A DNA stretch of 64,000 nt from a virus, in IMG/VR virus record IMGVR_UViG_3300031227_000028, positions 1-64,000 of that record; one strand, written 5' to 3'. Below the pieces are notes generated by a model, which saw only the letters and a program-made list of their open reading frames with translations, had not been told where the DNA came from and made no database searches. The position numbers were made by a program, and so were the translations under genes. This document shows positions 30,995 to 38,941 of this stretch, piece after piece (positions within the stretch are counted from its first letter, which is position 1; every line of letters begins with the position of its first letter).

Positions 30995-33127
30995 ATGAAA
31001 TTTAACTTAAGCCCTAGCAGTATGAACGTGTATTTTGAATCACAGTTAATGTACTATTTTCAAAAAGTAATTAAAGCACAACTAAGCGATTGGGTGCCAC
31101 AATGTTATGGTGCATTAGGAAATTGCTTACATTCAACTTTAGAAGAAGTTGATAAACTAAATAAAGACCAATTAGAAAGTCTATTCTGGGAGAAATACTA
31201 TGGTTCAGCAGCTGCTAAATCAGTTGGAATTAGAGGAACATATCCTGACCCATATAAATATTCTGAAGCAGTAAGATATGGTAAAGAAATATTTGAATTA
31301 AAATATGATATAATATCTTGTGAAGAAATAATTACTATTCCTATTTATGTTAATAATGAGCATACTATTTATTTAAAAGGTATTATTGATGTTCAAGCAA
31401 AATTAAAAAAAGATGGAAGTTATGTAATCGTTGACCATAAATCAAGTACTAGTATAGATAAAGGAGATAATTTCAAACGTCAAGGGTTATTTTATTCAAT
31501 GTTAATTTATAGAGTAAAAGGAATTCTACCAACGCAAGTTATTTTTGAATATGAAAAAATTAAAAAAACTAAATCATTTTCGTTTACAATTAAAGAATTA
31601 GATGATTTTTATGATTTATGTATTTCTACTATTAATGATATAATAGGTAAAGGAACAGATATAAGACAGTTTGAAATTGGTGAAATTAATAGTATTTTTA
31701 ATGGTCATAAAACTTTATGTGAACAAGTAAAAGAAAGTAGAAAAAATAAATTAAATTTTGGTATAGCTATATATGGTAATACATCAATACTTGTAGGAGA
31801 TATAACTGATATTTTAAAAAATAAATTAGATAAATTAATGTCATATGAAAAAGAGAATGCAGAATTTATAAAACAAAATAGTGATTGGGATGGGATAGTT
31901 CATTTATATAATAAATATAAAAATACATTTCCTACAGGATATATTCCTTTAGTTAAAAAAATATTAAAACATTATTCTGAATATATGAAAAAAGATTATA
32001 GATTAGAAATGAAAGATATGAGAAAACAAACTAAAAAAATTACATATTGTGAAAAACTAGAAGGTATTAAATTTAGAAGTTATCAAGAAGAATCTAGTAT
32101 TGCATTCTTTAAAGCCCAATATGGAATTATTAAATTAAAAACAGGGTTAGGAAAAACAATAGCTGCTGGTGAAATAATTAGAAAAGCTGGTTTAGTTACT
32201 TTATGGGTTATTGATAGAAAATTATTAGTTGAACAAACAGCTAAAACTTATCAAGAATTATTTAATGAAGAAATAGGAACTATTACTGAAGGTAAAATTG
32301 ATATTAAAAATATTACAATTTGTACTTATCAAACGTTAAATAGAAGATTTAAAGAATTAGCTGAATATTTAAAAACAGTTGGATTTTTAGTTGTAGATGA
32401 ATGTCATAAAGCTAGTGCAATGAGTATAAAAAATATTGCTGAACGATGTACAAATACTAAATATAGATTAGGACTTTCAGCTACTCCTGATTTGAAAAAT
32501 GAATGGCCTGAAGTAAAAGGTATATTAGGAGATATATGTTATCAATTAGATAAAGATGACCCACGTAATAAAGAATTTTTAGCTGAAGCTGATATAAATT
32601 TTATATCATTAGATGATAGAAAGTTTGCTGATAGTGGTGATTATCGAGAATCATATAATAGTTATATTGTTCATAATGATATAAGAAATAATTGTATAAA
32701 AAAATTAGTTGATAAACATAAAAACGAAAATATATTAATTGTTACAAAATTAATTGAACATGCAAAAATATTAAGTAAATTACTTAATTGTGCAATTATA
32801 ATTGGTGAAACATCTACAGAAGAAAGAAATAGAATTACTGAAGAATATGCAAAAGAAAAACCTTTTATTTGTGTAGGTAGTGTTCAAATAATTTCTGAAG
32901 GTTGGGATGTACCAACATTATCTGTTTTAATTCAAGCCAGTGCAATGTCAAGTAATATTAAAACAATACAAGGATTAGGTCGTCCTTTAAGAAAGAATAA
33001 CAATAAAGATAAAGCAATATATTATGATTTTTTAGATAAATATAATAAATACACAAATGATGCATCAAAAAATAGAATAAAAGCTCTTAAATATGAAGGA
33101 AATATATTAAAAGTAATAAATGGATAA
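30995..33127 (+). CDS. PD-(D/E)XK (RecB/Cas4-like) nuclease fused to an SF2 (UvsW/XPB-like) helicase
   Basis: N-terminal LSPSS, GNCLH, GIID...IVDHKS; C-terminal TGLGKT, DECH, SAT, EGWDVP, QGLGRPLR. Confidence 0.85.
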   Translation: MKFNLSPSSMNVYFESQLMYYFQKVIKAQLSDWVPQCYGALGNCLHSTLEEVDKLNKDQLESLFWEKYYGSAAAKSVGIRGTYPDPYKYSEAVRYGKEIFELKYDIISCEEIITIPIYVNNEHTIYLKGIIDVQAKLKKDGSYVIVDHKSSTSIDKGDNFKRQGLFYSMLIYRVKGILPTQVIFEYEKIKKTKSFSFTIKELDDFYDLCISTINDIIGKGTDIRQFEIGEINSIFNGHKTLCEQVKESRKNKLNFGIAIYGNTSILVGDITDILKNKLDKLMSYEKENAEFIKQNSDWDGIVHLYNKYKNTFPTGYIPLVKKILKHYSEYMKKDYRLEMKDMRKQTKKITYCEKLEGIKFRSYQEESSIAFFKAQYGIIKLKTGLGKTIAAGEIIRKAGLVTLWVIDRKLLVEQTAKTYQELFNEEIGTITEGKIDIKNITICTYQTLNRRFKELAEYLKTVGFLVVDECHKASAMSIKNIAERCTNTKYRLGLSATPDLKNEWPEVKGILGDICYQLDKDDPRNKEFLAEADINFISLDDRKFADSGDYRESYNSYIVHNDIRNNCIKKLVDKHKNENILIVTKLIEHAKILSKLLNCAIIIGETSTEERNRITEEYAKEKPFICVGSVQIISEGWDVPTLSVLIQASAMSSNIKTIQGLGRPLRKNNNKDKAIYYDFLDKYNKYTNDASKNRIKALKYEGNILKVING

Positions 33128-33202
33128 ACAAAACATTTATATATTAGTTATGATTATTTATTATTTATTATGATTAAAAAAATTTATATGAGGTAAATAA
33201 AA

Positions 33203-33907
33203 ATGAAAATAAAAAAACAAATTATTAGAGATTTTTTAAAAGAAAGTGCATTATCTGGTGATAGTTCACTTACTGAAGTAAAATTAGATTTCAATGAACA
33301 AGCAATGTGCTTAACTGCAATAACTGGTGGTAATGCTGTAATGGTAAAAGCTCAATTAATTTCTGGTGCATTTGAAGAATATGAAGCAATTGGAAAAATT
33401 GGAATAATTAATTATTCTGAATTGACAAAAATTATTGATGCATTAAATGATAATATTGAAATTAATAAAGAAGGAAATTTATTAGTATTTAAAGGTGGGC
33501 GAAAAATTGAAGTACCATTAGCTGATGAATCATTAATTAAAGATATTTCAAAAATTCCTAGTTTAGAATATGATTATACATTTGCTTTGAATAAATCAGT
33601 ATTTGACGCTATTAATAAAAATATTGTATTCTCAATGAATAAAAATGATAGTAAAACTATTCAATTTACTGGTGAAAATAAAATATTAAATATTAAATAT
33701 GGTACTAAATATAAATTTGAAGATAGTATTGCAGTTAATGAAATTAATGCTAATAAAATTGATGTTAAATTTGGAGAGCCTTTATTAAATGCTATTACAA
33801 ATTTAAGTGGTGATTTAACAGTTCAAATGAAAAGCGAATTTCCAATAACTATTATGAAAAAAACTGAAATGTATGCAATTAAGATTATTGTAGCACCAAA
33901 AGTTTAA
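33203..33907 (+). CDS. pcn: DNA sliding clamp (PCNA-like)
   Basis: 234 aa with a two-domain beta pattern, ends IIVAPKV like archaeal PCNA, adjacent to RFC. Confidence 0.85.
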   Translation: MKIKKQIIRDFLKESALSGDSSLTEVKLDFNEQAMCLTAITGGNAVMVKAQLISGAFEEYEAIGKIGIINYSELTKIIDALNDNIEINKEGNLLVFKGGRKIEVPLADESLIKDISKIPSLEYDYTFALNKSVFDAINKNIVFSMNKNDSKTIQFTGENKILNIKYGTKYKFEDSIAVNEINANKIDVKFGEPLLNAITNLSGDLTVQMKSEFPITIMKKTEMYAIKIIVAPKV

Positions 33908-33955
33908 ATTTTTATTTTATTTTATTTTATTAAATTATTAAGAGGGAGAAACAAA

Positions 33956-34882
33956 ATGAATATTGACGATTTAAAAAACATTGCATGGATGATTAAATAT
34001 AGACCAAAAACATTAGATAATGTTGTTGGAAAAGAAGCTAAACTATTGAAAAAATATGTTGATAGTAATAATTTACAACATTTTTTACTATCTTCTAGAA
34101 CACCAGGTACAGGAAAAACAACTTGTGCAAAAGCTATTATTAATGATACTGGAGCAGATTACATTGAAATAAATAGTAGTGATGAAAGAGGAATAGATGT
34201 TATTAGAGATAAAATTAAATTATTTGTTAGTACGATGAGTTCTAAACCTGGTTTAAAAAAAATTGTATTTTTAGATGAAATGGATTCTATGACTAAAACA
34301 GCTCAAGATGCACTTCGTAATATGATGGAGAAATTTATGACTAATGCTATCTTTATTCTAACTTGTAATTATATTGAAAAGGTTATTGAACCAATCAAAA
34401 ATCGTTGTGAAGTTATAGTTTTTGATAGTCCTGATAAAGCAGAGATTAGAAAATATTTATTGAATATCATAGATGCTGAAAGCGTTAAATATACTAGTGA
34501 TGGATTAAATAAATTAATTGATATGAATTATCCAAGTATAAGAGAATCTGTTAATACTTTACAAAAGTTTAAAACTATGGATATTGAATTGAATCCTATT
34601 AATTTAAAAAAAAATAATGAGAAATTTGATATTTTATGGACAGATATTAAAAGTGGTAAGGTTTTAAATGTTAGAAAAGAAATCTGTGAAAATAATTATA
34701 ACCCTGAATTATTATTAAAACATTTTTGGGCAAAAACATATACAGATGAAAAATTAACTATAAAACAAAAAATTAAATTAGTATCTGTATTAGCAGATGT
34801 TGATTATAAAATGAGTATTGGTGCATCAAAAAATATTCAAATAGATAATATGTTATTTAAAATAGTAGGTGCTTTAATATAA
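33956..34882 (+). CDS. rfcS: Replication factor C small subunit / clamp loader ATPase
   Basis: W..KYRP, PGTGKTT, NSSDERGIDVIR, LDEMD, AQDALR, CNY, NRC. Confidence 0.92.
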   Translation: MNIDDLKNIAWMIKYRPKTLDNVVGKEAKLLKKYVDSNNLQHFLLSSRTPGTGKTTCAKAIINDTGADYIEINSSDERGIDVIRDKIKLFVSTMSSKPGLKKIVFLDEMDSMTKTAQDALRNMMEKFMTNAIFILTCNYIEKVIEPIKNRCEVIVFDSPDKAEIRKYLLNIIDAESVKYTSDGLNKLIDMNYPSIRESVNTLQKFKTMDIELNPINLKKNNEKFDILWTDIKSGKVLNVRKEICENNYNPELLLKHFWAKTYTDEKLTIKQKIKLVSVLADVDYKMSIGASKNIQIDNMLFKIVGALI

Positions 34883-34887
34883 TTAAA

Positions 34888-35382
34888 ATGGATTTATTCA
34901 AAACTTTAAATAAAATATATACTGCAAGAGATACTGATTGGGTTAAAGATATTGATAGTAATGTGTCAAATGTACCTATTAATATTATTTTATCATATAA
35001 TATTAAACTTAGTAATGTAGTAGCTTTTTTAGATAAATATACATTTAGATTAGATGTTAAGAATTTTTGTATATTAGCTTGGGCAATTATACACCCTAAA
35101 TATAATTCAATGCCTTTTAGTAAAAAAATAAAAGCTAATGAAAAAGAAAATAATAAATATCAATTTTTATTAGATAAAATACAAACTAGAATGGAAATAT
35201 CAAACAATGATTGGGTTGATTCTAAGAATTATTATATTGAAGACATTGAAAGAAGAATAACAGATTATTTAACTTTATTTGGTTGTACTAAAAAAGAATG
35301 GAAATCAATTGGAATTGATTTTGAAGAATCAAAAAAAATTAATATTGTAGATATAAAAAAAGGATTAGATAAATGGTTTTAA
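34888..35382 (+). CDS. Probable second clamp-loader subunit (gp62-like) with a C-terminal PIP-like motif
   Basis: Follows RFC, helical, ends KKGLDKWF. Confidence 0.55.
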   Translation: MDLFKTLNKIYTARDTDWVKDIDSNVSNVPINIILSYNIKLSNVVAFLDKYTFRLDVKNFCILAWAIIHPKYNSMPFSKKIKANEKENNKYQFLLDKIQTRMEISNNDWVDSKNYYIEDIERRITDYLTLFGCTKKEWKSIGIDFEESKKINIVDIKKGLDKWF

Positions 35383-35483
35383 TTAACAAAACATTTATAT
35401 ATTATATATGTAATAAATAATTATATTGATAGGAGACTGTTACTCCTAATCAAATAGAACAAAAAAAATACGGAGATATAAAA

Positions 35484-36134
35484 ATGATAAATGAAATAAT
35501 AATAACTTACAAATTTTTTGGTAAGAGAGGCTTATTTGTATTCACAGGTATAGCAATAATCTTAGCAAATATACAAGTTTTGAAAACAGTACAATTATTT
35601 GGAATGGTTGCAACATTAGGTAATGTTATATATGGATGTTCTTTTTTGATAACAGATATATTATCTGAAAATCATGGGAAGAAAGATGCTAAGACAGCTG
35701 TTATAATAGGATTGTCTGCAGCAATAATATCAACTGTTATAATGTATATATGTACTTTATTCGTTCCACATTCAAGTGATTTCGCTAGTGGGGCTTTATC
35801 AACAATTTTTAGTGTTATGCCAAGAATAATGATTGCATCTTTAATAGCATATACAATATCTAACTTTAATGATGTACATATATTCCATAAAATAAAAGCT
35901 AAAACAGGAGATAAACATCTTTGGATTAGAAATATTGGTTCAACATTTTCAAGTCAATTATTAGATACAGTAATTTTTAGTGTAATAGCTTTCTGGGGAA
36001 TGTTTAGTAGAGATATATTTATTCAAATAATGTTAACTACATATATTATGAAAATTGTAACAGCAGCTTTAGATACACCTTTCCTTTATCTTGCTAAATG
36101 GATGAAGAAAAATGGTCATGTGAGTGAGGAATAA
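35484..36134 (+). CDS. yhhQ: Queuosine-precursor (preQ0/preQ1) transporter, YhhQ/VUT family
   Basis: Multi-TM with ANIQVLK, FLITDILSE.HG, RIMIASLIAY, LWIRNIGST..SQLLDT, DTPFLY. Confidence 0.9.
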   Translation: MINEIIITYKFFGKRGLFVFTGIAIILANIQVLKTVQLFGMVATLGNVIYGCSFLITDILSENHGKKDAKTAVIIGLSAAIISTVIMYICTLFVPHSSDFASGALSTIFSVMPRIMIASLIAYTISNFNDVHIFHKIKAKTGDKHLWIRNIGSTFSSQLLDTVIFSVIAFWGMFSRDIFIQIMLTTYIMKIVTAALDTPFLYLAKWMKKNGHVSEE

Positions 36135-36135
36135 A

Positions 36136-37287
36136 ATGGATAGAAATTTTTTTGAAGAGAATAAATTAGTATATTTGCCAGCAACCCTTCCATCTGCTGA
36201 GTTATGTATAAATAATGATGAACCAACTGCAAAACAACCTCACTTTTGGAATAAAGAAACATCAATATGGTACTATCCAAATTTATTAATTAGTGCATAT
36301 CATGCAGATAAAATTGAAGATATTAGAAAATTAATGGGAATAGATAAAGATGTAAAAATTCTTTATGATAGTGGAGGTTACCAAATGGTAACCTTAGGAG
36401 GAAATATTAATCCTAAAGATTTAATAGAATTACAATTAAAAAATTCTAATGCTGGCCTTATATTAGATAATCCTCCTTTTAAAATAGGATTAGGAAATTC
36501 ACAGTTTGGTGAATCAATGAATGAAGATGAAATATCAATATGTCTTAATAAAACAAAAGAGAATGCTAAAATTGCAATGGCTAATAATATAGGACCAAAT
36601 AAAATTAGATTATATGGTGTAGTGCAAGGAGAATCATGGGAACAAATTAATAGATGGTATGATTCAATGCATGAATTAGAAGAAGAATATGGAAAATTTG
36701 ATGCCTGGGCAATGTCACCAAAACCATCAACAATAGCATTATATGGAATTTTATTATTAGAAAGAAAAATTAAAACCCCAATACATTTTTTACAGGCTAC
36801 AAGTAGAGAAGCAATATCCACTACCGCATATATTAGAAAATTATCAAAAAATTTGATAACTATTGATAGTTCAAATTTTTCATCTGGTACAAGATATGGA
36901 AGAATAATAAATTATGAGCATTTAGGTATATTTGATATAGGCGAAGGAAAAAGAGAAAAAAATAAAAAAGGTTGGTTTTGTGATTGTCCTATTTGTAGAG
37001 AAAGAAAAATTGATATTGAAAATTTATCAACAACAGATTTAAAATATATAAATATTCATAATTTATATCAAATAGTTAAAATTGTAAAAGTTGCAGATTG
37101 GTTAGTTGATTATAGTGAAGTAATGTTTTTTAATTGGATTAAGAAATTTAAATCATCATGCACTGGTGCAATTAAAATGTTACAATTTTATGATAAATAT
37201 GGATTAGAAAGAACTAAATTAAATTACTCAGATATATTCACAGCAAATGATAATATAGTAAATCAAAAAGGTTTATTTGATTTTTAA
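36136..37287 (+). CDS. Guanine transglycosylase (TGT/DpdA superfamily), paralog 1
   Basis: DSGGYQ, LILD, LYGVVQG, ITIDSS, Zn site CDCPIC...HN; no PUA domain; ends QKGLFDF. Start placed at MDRNFF. Confidence 0.85.
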   Translation: MDRNFFEENKLVYLPATLPSAELCINNDEPTAKQPHFWNKETSIWYYPNLLISAYHADKIEDIRKLMGIDKDVKILYDSGGYQMVTLGGNINPKDLIELQLKNSNAGLILDNPPFKIGLGNSQFGESMNEDEISICLNKTKENAKIAMANNIGPNKIRLYGVVQGESWEQINRWYDSMHELEEEYGKFDAWAMSPKPSTIALYGILLLERKIKTPIHFLQATSREAISTTAYIRKLSKNLITIDSSNFSSGTRYGRIINYEHLGIFDIGEGKREKNKKGWFCDCPICRERKIDIENLSTTDLKYINIHNLYQIVKIVKVADWLVDYSEVMFFNWIKKFKSSCTGAIKMLQFYDKYGLERTKLNYSDIFTANDNIVNQKGLFDF

Positions 37288-37312
37288 ATTATATAGATTA
37301 GGAGAAAATAAA

Positions 37313-38458
37313 ATGAAAAGAACATTTTTTGAAAATAATAAATTAGTTTTTATCCCTGCAATTTTACCTAATAAAGATCTTTTTGGTAAAGAAACAGATA
37401 AATATTCTTTTTTTTCTGATAAGTCTTTATATTTTTATCCTAATGTTTTAATTAGTGCATATCACGGGAAACATTTAGATATTAGGAAAGAATTAGAATG
37501 TAATGATAATGTTATGATTTTAGGTGATTCAGGTGGATTTCAAGCAGTAACTTTAGGTGGCGATATAAACGCTAAAGAAGTTATTAAATGGCAAATGAAT
37601 AATTGTAATGCTGGTTTAATACTTGATAAGCCTCCATATAAATTTGGTGGAACAGCGCAATTTGCAGGTACACCATCTAAAGAATTTTTTAATGAATGTT
37701 TAGAAAAAACAAAACAAAATGCTTTAATAGCTCTTGAACATAATAAAGGCGAAAAGAAAATTAGATTATATGGAGTAATTCAAGGCGAAACATGGGAACA
37801 AATGAAACAATGGTATGAAACAATATCATCAATTCAAACAAATGAGAAAAAATTTGATGCATGGGCATTATCACCAAAACCATCAAATGATGTTTTTAAA
37901 ATTGCAATGCTTGGTATTTTATGTTTAGAAAAAAAAATAGATACACCATTGCATATACTTCAAATTTCAAATCGTCCTGGAATAATAGTTGCTGCTTTAA
38001 TAAGATTTTGTATTCAACAAACAGTAACTATAGATAGTTCTTCTCCTTCAAAAGCATCACGTTTTGGGGAAATATATAATCCATATACATTTTTAGCAGA
38101 AATTAAAACCGGGCAAAGAAGACCAAAAGAAAAAATGAATGGATGGATGTGTGATTGCCCAATATGTCAAGCAACTAATATATCTTTTAATGATGTTGAA
38201 AATAAAAATTATGAAAATATTTTGGATTTACATAATTTATATCAAATAGTGCGTTTTGTAAAATATATGGATTGGGTAGTACAAGATAAAGAAATATTAA
38301 TGAAAATGGTAAAAACTGTTTCAATTAATGCTTATAATGCAATTGAAATGATTTATTATTATAAAGAATATGGATTAGAAAGAACTAAATTAAAATATCC
38401 AAATGTATTTGAATCAAATAATGATGCATCAAATCAAAAAGGATTATTTGAATTTTAA
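37313..38458 (+). CDS. Guanine transglycosylase (TGT/DpdA superfamily), paralog 2
   Basis: DSGGFQ, LILD, LYGVIQG, VTIDSS, CDCPIC...HN; ends QKGLFEF. Start placed at MKRTFF. Confidence 0.85.
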   Translation: MKRTFFENNKLVFIPAILPNKDLFGKETDKYSFFSDKSLYFYPNVLISAYHGKHLDIRKELECNDNVMILGDSGGFQAVTLGGDINAKEVIKWQMNNCNAGLILDKPPYKFGGTAQFAGTPSKEFFNECLEKTKQNALIALEHNKGEKKIRLYGVIQGETWEQMKQWYETISSIQTNEKKFDAWALSPKPSNDVFKIAMLGILCLEKKIDTPLHILQISNRPGIIVAALIRFCIQQTVTIDSSSPSKASRFGEIYNPYTFLAEIKTGQRRPKEKMNGWMCDCPICQATNISFNDVENKNYENILDLHNLYQIVRFVKYMDWVVQDKEILMKMVKTVSINAYNAIEMIYYYKEYGLERTKLKYPNVFESNNDASNQKGLFEF

Positions 38459-38467
38459 GGTAATAAA

Positions 38468-38941
38468 ATGGCTGTGAAACAAGAAACATATGATAAATGG
38501 ATAGCTAAATATGGTCCAAATGCAAGAATTGGTTTAGATATTATAGGTAAATGTAATTTATATCCTAAAGAATTAGGGAGAATATTTTTACCTACAATAA
38601 CAGAGGCAATTAAAAAAAATAATTGTTATATAATTGATGATAGGAATTGGGTATTTTTTAATTATAATAAAAAATTAAATAAAATGAAACTTCAATATAT
38701 ATTATCAATGGACCATAAAGGAACTATTTTATTAAAACATCTTGAATCAATTTGTGCAGAAAGACATATTCCTATAATTTATTTAACTGTTGTTGCAGGA
38801 ATGCCAGCAGTTGATTGGTATTATAAAAAAGGTTTTATAAAAGTTAAAGAAAGACATTCAAGGAAGGGAACTTTATTGTTTGATGTTGAGAAGAAGTTTT
38901 TTAAAATAGGTTTAGAGAAATGGTATAAAAATGAAATATAA
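38468..38941 (+). CDS. GNAT-family acetyltransferase
   Basis: KGTILLKHLE...IYLTV....AVDWYYKKGF matches GNAT motifs A/B; near-terminal IGLEKWY. Confidence 0.7.
   Translation: MAVKQETYDKWIAKYGPNARIGLDIIGKCNLYPKELGRIFLPTITEAIKKNNCYIIDDRNWVFFNYNKKLNKMKLQYILSMDHKGTILLKHLESICAERHIPIIYLTVVAGMPAVDWYYKKGFIKVKERHSRKGTLLFDVEKKFFKIGLEKWYKNEI

Noticed and set aside
30995-31750. CRISPR-associated Cas4
   Set aside because: No Fe-S cysteine set and no cas context; it is a PD-(D/E)XK domain fused to a helicase
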